DNA of 37,188 nucleotides from Clostridia bacterium (GTDB lineage: Bacteria > Bacillota > Clostridia > Oscillospirales > CAG-272): contig JAGBXH010000053.1 in NCBI GenBank assembly GCA_017629395.1, forward strand, positions 1 to 37,188, given 5' to 3'. A model generated the notes under the pieces. It was not told the origin of the DNA, searched no databases, and worked only from the letters and a program-made list of their open reading frames with translations. This document shows positions 25,667-33,783 of this stretch, piece after piece; the first letter of the stretch is position 1, and every line of letters begins with the position of its first letter. Made by a program: the position numbers and the translations under genes.

Positions 25667-27094
25667 ATGGCAAAGGTCAACACTTCTCCCATAAAAAATC
25701 CCATGCCCATGCAGGATCCCGTGCTGCGTGCCCGCAATTTTGACGAGGTGACGCTGGGGTATGACGAGCAGACCGCGCTTGCCGAGGCAATGCGCTGCCT
25801 GGGATGTAAAAACAGCCCCTGTGTTTCGGGCTGCCCCGTCGGGGTAGATATCCCCGCATTTATCGCCAAGGTCAAGGAAGGCGATTTTGAGGGTGCGTAC
25901 GAGGTCATTTCGCGCCAATCCTCTCTGCCCGCTGTTTGCGGACGCGTTTGCCCGCAGGAAACACAATGCGAGGCAAAATGCGTGCGCGGCATTAAGGGCG
26001 AGCCTGTCGGCATTGGTCGCCTTGAACGTTTTGTTGCCGATTGGCATAATACTTACAATCAGAGCGAGGTGACAAAGCCGCAGCCGAACGGACACCGCGT
26101 CGCGGTGGTGGGCTCGGGGCCTGCGGGACTTGCCTGCGCAGGTGATCTTGCCAAGTCGGGGTATGAGGTGACCGTGTTTGAGGCGCTGCACGTGGCGGGT
26201 GGCGTACTGATGTACGGCATTCCCGAATTCCGTCTGCCCAAGAAAATCGTGCAAAGGGAAGTGGAAACGCTGCGCGCGCTGGGTGTCAGGATCGAAACCA
26301 ACGTTGTTGTGGGCAGAACCATGGACGTTTCCGATCTGTTTGACGAGGGCTTTGAAGCGGTCTTTATCGGCTCGGGCGCGGGCTTGCCAAGCTTTATGGG
26401 TATTCCCGGTGAATCGCTCAAGGGCGTTTACAGCGCAAACGAATATCTGACCCGCAGCAATCTCATGAAAGCATACAGAGCTGACAGCACCACGCCCATC
26501 CTGCGCGCGCGTCGCGTGGCGGTGGTTGGCGGCGGCAACGTTGCCATGGATGCGGCACGTACCGCGCTGCGTCTGGGTGCTGAGAAGGTATATATCGTCT
26601 ACCGCCGTTCCATGGAGGAGCTGCCCTCGCGCCGCGAGGAGGTTGAGCACGCTATGGAGGAGGGCGTGGAGTTTTTGCTTTTGCAAAGCCCCACCAAGAT
26701 CCACGGCTACGTCAATCCCGAAGATCCACGCGACCCGCACAACGGCTTTGTGGACGGCATGACGTGCATCCGCATGGAGTTGGGTGAGCCCGATGAACAC
26801 GGCAGACGAAAGCCCCTGCCCGTCCCGGGCTCGGAGTACCGCCTTGACGTGGATTGCGTGATCATGGCGATCGGTACAACGCCTAATCCCTTGCTGACCT
26901 CTACGACAAAGGGGCTTGAAACCAACAAGCGAGGCTGTATTATCACAGAGGAGCAAACAGGGCACACCACGCTTGCGGGCGTATGGGCGGGCGGCGATGC
27001 CGTGACGGGTGCTGCTACTGTTATTCTTGCAATGGGTGCAGGAAAACTTGCTGCAAAATCCATTGATGAGAGCATTCGTGGCGAAAAAGCGTAA
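25667..27094 (+). CDS. NfnB-like / small-chain glutamate-synthase-type NADPH oxidoreductase
   Basis: 475 aa from the ATG at 25667, 1 nt after the upstream stop. Two Cys clusters (CLGCKNSPCVSGCP, CGRVCPQETQCEAKC). VAVVGSGPAGLACA and VAVVGGGNVAMD dinucleotide folds. Confidence 0.85.
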   Translation: MAKVNTSPIKNPMPMQDPVLRARNFDEVTLGYDEQTALAEAMRCLGCKNSPCVSGCPVGVDIPAFIAKVKEGDFEGAYEVISRQSSLPAVCGRVCPQETQCEAKCVRGIKGEPVGIGRLERFVADWHNTYNQSEVTKPQPNGHRVAVVGSGPAGLACAGDLAKSGYEVTVFEALHVAGGVLMYGIPEFRLPKKIVQREVETLRALGVRIETNVVVGRTMDVSDLFDEGFEAVFIGSGAGLPSFMGIPGESLKGVYSANEYLTRSNLMKAYRADSTTPILRARRVAVVGGGNVAMDAARTALRLGAEKVYIVYRRSMEELPSRREEVEHAMEEGVEFLLLQSPTKIHGYVNPEDPRDPHNGFVDGMTCIRMELGEPDEHGRRKPLPVPGSEYRLDVDCVIMAIGTTPNPLLTSTTKGLETNKRGCIITEEQTGHTTLAGVWAGGDAVTGAATVILAMGAGKLAAKSIDESIRGEKA

Positions 27095-27132
27095 AAATTT
27101 GCAAGAAAAATAAAAAAAGTTGCAAAAACCTA

Positions 27133-27161
27133 TTGCATTCTGTTGCATGCTGGTGTATAAT
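27133..27161 (+). promoter_or_regulatory. Sigma-A promoter of gdhA
   Basis: TTGCAT (27133-27138)-17 nt-TATAAT (27156-27161). Three TTGCA(A/T) repeats lie in 27118-27148. Confidence 0.6.
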
Positions 27162-27209
27162 ATTCCCATATTATTTTTGTAGAAACCCATCTGTAAAGGA
27201 GATTTTACT

Positions 27210-28553
27210 ATGTCTTACGTTGACGAGATTATTGACAAAGTGATTGCCCAGAATCCCGGTGAGCCCGAGTTCCATCAGACTGTCAAGGAAGTGCTTGACT
27301 CTCTGCGCCCCGTGGTTGAGGCAAATGAAGCAAAATACCGCAGAGAAGCACTGCTTGAGCGCATGGTCATTCCGGAGCGTATCATTATGTTCCGCGTACC
27401 GTGGGTAGACGATAAGGGTCAGGCGCAGGTCAACACCGGTTACCGCGTACAGTTTAACGGCGCAATCGGTCCTTACAAGGGCGGCCTCCGTTTCCATCCT
27501 TCCGTAAACCTTTCCATTATTAAGTTCTTAGGCTTTGAGCAGACCTTCAAGAACTCTCTGACCGGCCTTCCCATGGGCGGCGGCAAGGGTGGCTCCGACT
27601 TTGACCCCAGAGGCAAGAGCGACCGCGAGATCATGGCATTCTGCCAGAGCTTTATGTCTGAGCTGTTCCGTCACGTAGGCCCCGATACCGACGTTCCCGC
27701 AGGTGATATCGGCGTAGGCGCACGTGAGGTTGGTTATATGTACGGTCAGTACAAGAGACTGGTCAACCGCTACGAGGGCGTGCTGACGGGCAAGGGCCGC
27801 GCATACGGCGGTTCTCTCATCCGTCCCGAAGCAACCGGCTACGGCGCAGTTTACTACACCGTTGAAATGCTGGGCTACCTGGGCGAGGACATCAAGGGCA
27901 AGACCTTTGCTGTTTCCGGCTTTGGTAACGTGGCTTGGGGTACTGTCAAGAAGGTCACCGAGCTTGGCGGTAAGGTTGTCACCATTTCGGGTCCCGACGG
28001 CTACGTATATGATCCCGACGGCATTTGCACCGAGGAAAAGATCAATTATATGCTTGAAATGCGTGCATCCGGCAGAGATAAGGTGCAGGATTACGCAGAT
28101 AAGTTCGGCGTACAGTTCTTTGCAGGCAAGCGTCCCTGGGAGCAGAAGGTGGATATCGTCATGCCTTGCGCTACCCAGAACGAGGTCAACCTGGACAATG
28201 CAAAGGACATCGTTGCAAACGGTGTCAAGTATTACGTTGAGGTTTCCAACATGCCCACCACCGCAGAGGCGTTTGAGTACCTCAAGGAAAACGGCGTGGT
28301 TGTTGCTCCCTCCAAGGCAGTCAACGCAGGCGGCGTAGCAGTTTCGGGCTTGGAAATGAGCCAGAACTCCATGCGCTACTCCTGGACGGCTGAAGAGGTT
28401 GACGCTAAGCTGCATCAGATCATGTCGGATATCTTCAAGAACTCCGTTGCCGCTGCCAACAAGTACGGCATGGGCGACGACCTGGTTGCAGGTGCAAACA
28501 TCGCGGGCTTTGAAAAGGTCGCAGATGCTATGCTGGCACAGGGATTGGTCTAA
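27210..28553 (+). CDS. gdhA: NADP-specific glutamate dehydrogenase
   Basis: 447 aa. GPYKGGLRFHPSV, LPMGGGKGGSDFDP and GFGNVAW motifs. Confidence 0.95.
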   Translation: MSYVDEIIDKVIAQNPGEPEFHQTVKEVLDSLRPVVEANEAKYRREALLERMVIPERIIMFRVPWVDDKGQAQVNTGYRVQFNGAIGPYKGGLRFHPSVNLSIIKFLGFEQTFKNSLTGLPMGGGKGGSDFDPRGKSDREIMAFCQSFMSELFRHVGPDTDVPAGDIGVGAREVGYMYGQYKRLVNRYEGVLTGKGRAYGGSLIRPEATGYGAVYYTVEMLGYLGEDIKGKTFAVSGFGNVAWGTVKKVTELGGKVVTISGPDGYVYDPDGICTEEKINYMLEMRASGRDKVQDYADKFGVQFFAGKRPWEQKVDIVMPCATQNEVNLDNAKDIVANGVKYYVEVSNMPTTAEAFEYLKENGVVVAPSKAVNAGGVAVSGLEMSQNSMRYSWTAEEVDAKLHQIMSDIFKNSVAAANKYGMGDDLVAGANIAGFEKVADAMLAQGLV

Positions 28554-28569
28554 AATACATAAAAAAGCA

Positions 28570-28600
28570 AAAGGAAACGGTGCGAGCCGTTTCCTTTTTT
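28570..28600 (+). terminator. Intrinsic terminator of gdhA
   Basis: 11-bp stem AAAGGAAACGG/CCGTTTCCTTT, 6-nt loop, T-run. Confidence 0.85.
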
Positions 28601-28622
28601 GACGTTAGTTGAGGCTGAAATC

Positions 28623-28645
28623 GGGCGATCGCTGATCGCCCCTAC
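28623..28645 (-). repeat. REP-like GTAG-headed hairpin (short-loop subtype)
   Basis: Minus strand reads GTAGGGGCGATC-AGC-GATCGCCC (8-bp stem). Confidence 0.6.
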
Positions 28646-28694
28646 GGCGTATCCGTTGAGGATTTGGTATTGTGAAACCCCAACGTACACAGTC

Positions 28695-28797
28695 GTAGGG
28701 GCTGACGTCCTCGACAGCCCGTCCTGCAAAAACTATCTTATTGCAATGTAATAACTTCTTGGTTCATGCCCGGTGCGTCGAGGACGTCGCACCCTAC
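28695..28797. repeat. Inverted doublet of REP-like hairpins (REPIN-like)
   Basis: 28695-28720 is GTAGGGGCTG-ACGTCCTCGA-CAGCCC on the + strand. 28772-28797 is the same unit on the - strand (GTAGGGTGCG-ACGTCCTCGA-CGCACC). 51-nt spacer. The loop is identical; the stems covary. Confidence 0.7.
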
Positions 28798-28918
28798 AGA
28801 CGGACGGATTTCTTGATCTTCCCATCGCATATCGAATGCAACTTTTGCAGGCGGCGTGTCAGAAACCTGTGCCGATCCCTGACTCGGGATGACACTTGGA
28901 GGATACGCGCTTCAACCC

Positions 28919-28947
28919 TTGACACACCATCCGTTTGGTGCTATAAT
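28919..28947 (+). promoter_or_regulatory. Sigma-A promoter of the CPBP-tadA-topB operon (perfect consensus)
   Basis: TTGACA (28919-28924)-17 nt-TATAAT (28942-28947). Confidence 0.7.
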
Positions 28948-28982
28948 ATATCTTGGAAATTTGTGTGAAAGGGGGAGGACAA

Positions 28983-29960
28983 ATGCTTGAAAATGAGTAC
29001 CGAAGCCTGACCTTGCGCCTGGGTGCTGCGCTGCTTTTTATGCTGCTGCTTTTGCAGGTGCTGATGACGGTGCTTGGCTTTATGCAGCCGCTGCTTGAGG
29101 CTAATTTGACCGAAAAAGCTGCCGATATTGTATATTGGAGCTTGTTTGATCTGTTTTATATGCTGGCATTTATGCTTCCCGTCCCTTTCTTTATGCTGAT
29201 CTCGGGCAAACAGCAGAGAGCACCCATCCGCTTTGACGTGCGTTTTCCGCGCCGCTTTGTGCTCATGGCGGTTGCATCGATTGGCTTGACCTTGGCGGCA
29301 GGACGGCTCAATGCCTTGCTGGTCGCGCCCTTTGCAGGAGCGGATGCACGCACGGAAATGATCCTTGATATGGTCGGCTCCGACAAGGGGTATATGGTGG
29401 TGTTGGCGTTTGTGATGATCGTCATCGTACCTGCATTTTGCGAGGAATTTTTGTTTCGCGGGCTGGTGCTGGATAGCCTGCTGCCTTATGGCAGGGCCGT
29501 TGCCGTCATTGGCAGTGCGCTGCTGTTTGCCGCCATGCATCAAAGCTTTGGGCAGTTTTTGTATTCTGCCGTGGCGGGTATTTTTATGGGGCTTTTGTAC
29601 GCCGAGAGCCGCTCGATTCTGCCTTCAACCTTGGTGCATCTGCTCTATAACCTGCTTTCCTTTGTGCAAGTGGTCTTATATGCGCGCATTCCAGACCAGA
29701 CCACGGCAGGCAGGGTAACGCTTTGTGTGGATCTTACGGTCATAGGCGCGGGCATTGTTTGTGTCGCCCTTTTGATGCTGCTGTCGGGGCGAAGAAGGAA
29801 AGCGTCCAAGCAGGATGAGAGGCTGCTTGCCGGGAGTGATCTGTCGGTGCAGATCGGTGAGCTGCCGCGCGGTATTGCCGTGCGCAGATTTCTTTCACCT
29901 TCGGTGACCGTATATTTTGTGATCTGCCTTTTGGTAGCTATGGGGGAAATGATTGTATGA
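28983..29960 (+). CDS. CPBP family intramembrane glutamic endopeptidase
   Basis: 325 aa from the ATG at 28983 (GGAGG RBS). Polytopic. PAFCEEFLFRG (EExxxR) and FAAMH motifs. Confidence 0.8.
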   Translation: MLENEYRSLTLRLGAALLFMLLLLQVLMTVLGFMQPLLEANLTEKAADIVYWSLFDLFYMLAFMLPVPFFMLISGKQQRAPIRFDVRFPRRFVLMAVASIGLTLAAGRLNALLVAPFAGADARTEMILDMVGSDKGYMVVLAFVMIVIVPAFCEEFLFRGLVLDSLLPYGRAVAVIGSALLFAAMHQSFGQFLYSAVAGIFMGLLYAESRSILPSTLVHLLYNLLSFVQVVLYARIPDQTTAGRVTLCVDLTVIGAGIVCVALLMLLSGRRRKASKQDERLLAGSDLSVQIGELPRGIAVRRFLSPSVTVYFVICLLVAMGEMIV

Positions 29961-30400
29961 ATGATATGGAATTTATGGAGCAAGCATTGGAGCTTGCCAA
30001 AGCAGGGGCGTCTTTGGGTGAAGTGCCTGTAGGTGCCGTAGTGGTCAAGGACGGAGCACTCATTGCGCAGGCGCACAATGAGCGCGAGATTTTGCCGGAC
30101 GCTACCGCGCATGCCGAGGTGCTTGCCATTCGCCGCGCGTGTGCCGCACTTGGCACAAATCGCTTGACGGGCTGCACCCTCTACGTTACGCTGGAGCCCT
30201 GTCCCATGTGCGCCGGCGCCCTGGCGGCTGCCAGAGTGGATCGCGTGGTGTTCGGTGCATTCGACGCGCGCGGCGGTGCGTGCGGCAGCATGATGCGCAT
30301 TCAAAAATATCCGCTGTTCTATATGCCGGTATTTGAGGGCGGTGTGATGGAGCGCGAATGCAGCGAGATATTGACCGCATTTTTTAAGCAAAAACGTTGA
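29957..30400 (+). CDS. tadA: tRNA adenosine(34) deaminase
   Basis: 147 aa. HAEVLAIRRA and TLEPCPMCAGAL (H-A-E / PCxxC zinc motifs). ATGA overlap with the upstream gene. Confidence 0.9.
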   Translation: MNDMEFMEQALELAKAGASLGEVPVGAVVVKDGALIAQAHNEREILPDATAHAEVLAIRRACAALGTNRLTGCTLYVTLEPCPMCAGALAAARVDRVVFGAFDARGGACGSMMRIQKYPLFYMPVFEGGVMERECSEILTAFFKQKR

Positions 30401-30414
30401 CGAGGAGAGATAGC

Positions 30415-32658
30415 ATGATCTTAATTCTTGCCGAAAAGCCAAGCCTTGGCAGAAATATTGCCGCTGCCATTGAGCAGATACCGGGAAACGCGCGCATGTC
30501 ACGCCGTGACGGCTACTTGGAGGGCAACGGGTATCTCGTTTCCTGGGCGTTTGGTCATTTGTTCTCGCTTGCCGACGTGGAATATTACAATCCCTCTCCC
30601 GACGGACGCTGGAGTATGGAGAATTTGCCTTGCTTTCCCGAACGGTTTCATTTTGAGCTGCGAAAGGGAAGCGATAAGCAGGTGGACGGCGGTGTGGTCA
30701 AGCAGTTTGAAACCATTCGCGCGCTGTGCAACCGCCCCGACGTGGATACCGTGGTCAATGCGGGTGACGCAGACCGCGAGGGAGAGATCATCATTCGTCT
30801 GTGCATTGCGCACGCCATGAGCGAGCCCAAGGCGCAGAAAAGACTGTGGCTGCCCGACCAGACCCCTGAAACGGTGATTGCCGCACTTGCGGATCTCAAG
30901 GATGCCTCGGGCTACGATAACCTTGCGGGGGAGGGCTTTGCCCGTACGTATATCGACTGGCTGTACGGCGTCAATCTGACCCGCTACGCCACGCTCAAAT
31001 GCGGCTCACTGATGCGCGTCGGACGCGTCATCGTGCCCATCGTGCGTGCCATTTACGAGAGAGATATGGCGATCAAGAACTTCGTGCCGGGCAAATATTG
31101 CGTCATTGCCAGCAAGGAAAAGACGAACGGCGAGGTGGTTGAGCTTGTAGGCAAGACCAAATTTATGCCTGAGGAATACCACAAGGCAGAGCAGCTGTGC
31201 GCGGCTTATAACGCAGCCGACGCGGTGGTGACGAGCGTCAAGCGCAAAAAGGACACCATCATGCCCGGCAAGCTGTATTCGCTTTCCAAGCTGCAGAGCA
31301 CGCTTGCAAAGAAATATAAAATGCCCATGAAGGATAGCCTGGAGATCGTGCAAAGGCTTTACGAGCAGGGGTATCTGACCTATCCCCGTACCAACTCGGA
31401 ATACATGGCGACTGCAGAGAAGGACAAGGTCAAAAAGATCCTCGGCGGTATTGCCAAGATCGGCTACCCCGTGACCTTCAAGGACAGCAAAAAGATTTTT
31501 GACGACTCCAAGATCGAGTCGCACTCGGCAATCACGCCGACCTATAAGATCCCCGAAAAGGGCAGATTGAGCGAAGCGGAAAATCAGGTGTATTCCACCG
31601 TGTTCCGCCGCTTCGTGGCGGTGTTCTGCGCCAAGGATTGCCTTGCGGAGCGCACCGAAATTACGGTCAAGGTAGGCGACTATGAGGAGTTTTCGCTCAA
31701 GGGAACGGTTATCATCGAGCCGGGCTGGATGAAATACGACGACGGCGGCATGAAGGATAAGGTGCTGCCCAGACTTGAAAAGGGCGATAAGGTCAATCAT
31801 ATTTTCAAGCCCACCGAAAAAGAAACCACACCGCCCAAGCACTATACCACCGAAACGCTTTTGAACTATCTCAAAAACCCCTTCCGCGAGGAAAAGGCTG
31901 CGGACGACGAGCAGGCTGCGCAAATGGCGGACAGCGTGGGAGCAAACGACGTTGCCGAGTACAAGGCAATGCTGGAGGGCGTGGAGCTGGGCACAGAGGC
32001 AACGCGCACGGGTATCATTGATAACGCGCGCAATTCGGGCTATATCCAGCTCAAAAAGGACGTGTACACCATTCTGCCCGGCGGCATTTACTTGGTGGAA
32101 TCCTTGGATCGCATGGGTATTGGTATGGATAAATACAAGACCTGCGAAATGGGTAAGGCGCTCAAGCAGGTGTTCCGCGGACAGGCGACGCAGACAGATG
32201 CGGTCGCGCTTGCCGAGCGTGAGATTGGCGAGATCTTCCGCGCCCAGCACCAAGGGCAGGGAGGCGATAACGATATTGGCATGTTTGGTGACCATATTGC
32301 CCAGTGTCCCATGTGCGGCAAGGAGATTTTCCGCGGCAAATACGGCTACGTATGCGCGGGATACAAGGAGGGCTGTCCGTTCCAGATCAAGACCTACATC
32401 TGCGGCAAAACGATCTCGATCACGCTGGCAAAGCAGCTGATCGAAACGGGAGAGACCGACGTGCTGGAAGGATTTGTGTCACAAAAATCGGGCAAGGCTT
32501 TTTCCGCAAAGCTCAAAATGAGCGAGGGCAAAACTACCTTTGTCTTTGCTGACACGCCGCGCCCACAGCGTAACAATGCCCCCGGTGGCGGCGGTACGTG
32601 GGCTGACCCCGCGCAGGAGTTCCCGCCTATTCCCGATGAACCGCCTGCTTGGTTATAA
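30415..32658 (+). CDS. topB: Type IA DNA topoisomerase (topoisomerase III-like)
   Basis: 747 aa from the ATG at 30415 (GAGGAG RBS). Toprim N-terminus MILILAEKPSLGRNIA, DADREGE, active-site region YLTYPRTNSEY. C-terminal Zn ribbon CPMCGK...C and the repeat ICGKTISITLAKQLIETGETDVLEGFVSQKSGKAFSAKL. Confidence 0.85.
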   Translation: MILILAEKPSLGRNIAAAIEQIPGNARMSRRDGYLEGNGYLVSWAFGHLFSLADVEYYNPSPDGRWSMENLPCFPERFHFELRKGSDKQVDGGVVKQFETIRALCNRPDVDTVVNAGDADREGEIIIRLCIAHAMSEPKAQKRLWLPDQTPETVIAALADLKDASGYDNLAGEGFARTYIDWLYGVNLTRYATLKCGSLMRVGRVIVPIVRAIYERDMAIKNFVPGKYCVIASKEKTNGEVVELVGKTKFMPEEYHKAEQLCAAYNAADAVVTSVKRKKDTIMPGKLYSLSKLQSTLAKKYKMPMKDSLEIVQRLYEQGYLTYPRTNSEYMATAEKDKVKKILGGIAKIGYPVTFKDSKKIFDDSKIESHSAITPTYKIPEKGRLSEAENQVYSTVFRRFVAVFCAKDCLAERTEITVKVGDYEEFSLKGTVIIEPGWMKYDDGGMKDKVLPRLEKGDKVNHIFKPTEKETTPPKHYTTETLLNYLKNPFREEKAADDEQAAQMADSVGANDVAEYKAMLEGVELGTEATRTGIIDNARNSGYIQLKKDVYTILPGGIYLVESLDRMGIGMDKYKTCEMGKALKQVFRGQATQTDAVALAEREIGEIFRAQHQGQGGDNDIGMFGDHIAQCPMCGKEIFRGKYGYVCAGYKEGCPFQIKTYICGKTISITLAKQLIETGETDVLEGFVSQKSGKAFSAKLKMSEGKTTFVFADTPRPQRNNAPGGGGTWADPAQEFPPIPDEPPAWL

Positions 32659-32705
32659 AGCCTCCCTCGCGAGGAGCATGACATCAATTTAGATTATACC
32701 TCTAC

Positions 32706-32999
32706 GGACAACAAAACGCTATGTGCGCACGCTGCAAAGGCTACCCCCGAGGGGGAGCTCCCGACGCAGTCGGGTGAGGGGGAGTTACGGGCTAAACGGC
32801 ACAGTTGCCCGTTCGGGTATAATAATTCAAACCGTAACTCTCGCATTCCCCTTCAGTCGCCTGCGGCGCCAGCTTCTCGCTGCGGCTCGGTCACACTCGC
32901 GTTCTGACATGCCACCGGCATGTCATTCATTACGCTCGTGCCGCTTCGCTACCCCCGGGGGACGCCTCTGTAACGCACATCCGTATCGTTTTGTCATCC
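32706..32999. mobile_element. MITE-like, hairpin-dense element bounded by imperfect terminal inverted repeats
   Basis: Left end GGACAACAAAACGCTATGTGCGCAC (32706-32730) versus the reverse complement of the right end, GGATGACAAAACGATACGGATGTGCGTTAC (32970-32999). Internal stems at 32782-32790/32832-32840 and 32905-32925. No ORF with an RBS. Confidence 0.5.
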
Positions 33000-33037
33000 A
33001 TATCAAATTTGTCAACCCTTTGTCAGGAGTACGTATT

Positions 33038-33523
33038 ATGTCTATCATCTTAATCGGCATGCCCTCGTGCGGCAAGAGCACGCTTGGGGTATTGCTTGCC
33101 AAAAAGCTCGGTATGGAATTTATCGATTCCGACCTGCTGATCCAAAAGAAACATCAAAAGCTGCTGCATGAGCTGATCAAGGAGCACGGAAACGACGGCT
33201 TTTTGGAGATCGAGTCCGAGGTCAACTGCTCCATGACCGAGCAAAATGCCGTGATCGCCACGGGCGGCAGCGCGGTATACAGCGAGGCAGCGATGCGCCA
33301 TTTTGCCACCATCGGCAAGATCGTGTATATCCATATTTCCTACGAGGAAATGGAAGCGCGCCTGGGTGACTTTGCCCACCGCGGCGTGGTCATGCCCGAA
33401 GGGTATACCCTGCGCGACCTTTATAACGAGCGCGCGGCACTTTACGAAAAATACGCCCACGTCACGGTTTCGGGCGAAGGCGGTATGACCAAAGCGATCG
33501 AGAGGATCTCGACGGAAATATAA
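33038..33523 (+). CDS. aroK: Shikimate kinase
   Basis: 161 aa from the ATG at 33038 (AGGAG RBS). P-loop GMPSCGKST, DSD, ATGGSAV motifs. Confidence 0.75.
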   Translation: MSIILIGMPSCGKSTLGVLLAKKLGMEFIDSDLLIQKKHQKLLHELIKEHGNDGFLEIESEVNCSMTEQNAVIATGGSAVYSEAAMRHFATIGKIVYIHISYEEMEARLGDFAHRGVVMPEGYTLRDLYNERAALYEKYAHVTVSGEGGMTKAIERISTEI

Positions 33524-33528
33524 GAACC

Positions 33529-33552
33529 GTAGGGCGGGGCTTTACGTCCCGC
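33529..33552 (+). repeat. REP-like GTAG-headed hairpin
   Basis: GTAGGGCGGG-GCTTTACGT-CCCGC (5-bp stem). Confidence 0.5.
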
Positions 33553-33563
33553 TGCTTTCGTTT

Positions 33564-33692
33564 TGTAGGGACAGGCGTCCTCGACTGTCCGAAAACCACA
33601 GAATAATGTAGGGACAGGCGTCCTCGACTGTCCGAAAATCACAGAATAATGTAGGGACAGGCGTCCTCGACTGTCCGAAAATCACACAATAA
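33564..33692 (+). repeat. Three tandem 43-bp units, each a REP-like hairpin
   Basis: The unit TGTAGGGACAGGCGTCCTCGACTGTCCGAAAA(C/T)CACA(G/C)AATAA starts at 33564, 33607 and 33650. Stem GGACAG/CTGTCC, loop GCGTCCTCGA. Confidence 0.9.
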
Positions 33693-33694
33693 AT

Positions 33695-33728
33695 AAAAGC
33701 AAGCCATGTATTTTTACGGCTTGCTTTT
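33695..33728 (+). terminator. Intrinsic terminator (aroK side)
   Basis: 11-bp stem AAAAGCAAGCC/GGCTTGCTTTT, 12-nt loop, T-rich tail. Confidence 0.65.
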
Positions 33729-33748
33729 GTGCTTTATATGATATTTTT

Positions 33749-33774
33749 CCCCGCACGGATTTTTCCGTGCGGGG
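33749..33774. terminator. GC-rich hairpin downstream of the ABC exporter operon
   Basis: 10-bp stem CCCCGCACGG/CCGTGCGGGG, loop ATTTTT, 9 nt from the stop at 33784. There is no U-tract on the minus strand, so its terminator function is uncertain. Confidence 0.5.
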
Positions 33775-33783
33775 CATTGTGTT

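Noticed and set aside
25463-27190. 575-aa minus-strand ORF, and the similar 24850-26013, opposite the nfnAB-like genes.
   Set aside because: Antisense shadow ORFs of strongly motif-supported sense genes. Arg/His/Ala-rich composition, no RBS, and they run through intergenic signals.
28983-32658. CPBP protease, tadA and topoisomerase III as part of an integrative/conjugative or defence island.
   Set aside because: No integrase, relaxase, T4SS, restriction, abortive-infection or toxin genes nearby. tadA and aroK are core genes, and the operon has a normal consensus promoter. Topo III and CPBP genes are commonly chromosomal in Clostridia.
32723-33037. N-terminal 105-aa extension of the aroK ORF in the track (266-aa version).
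   Set aside because: The extension is the TIR-bounded repeat element read in frame (Arg/Ser/Pro-rich). A good AGGAG RBS and the canonical P-loop N-terminus begin at 33038.
33564-33692. Possible CRISPR array or type III toxin-antitoxin RNA repeat.
   Set aside because: The whole 43-bp units are repeated with no unique spacers, so this is not CRISPR. No cas genes are present, and no downstream same-strand toxin ORF follows (the next gene is convergent).
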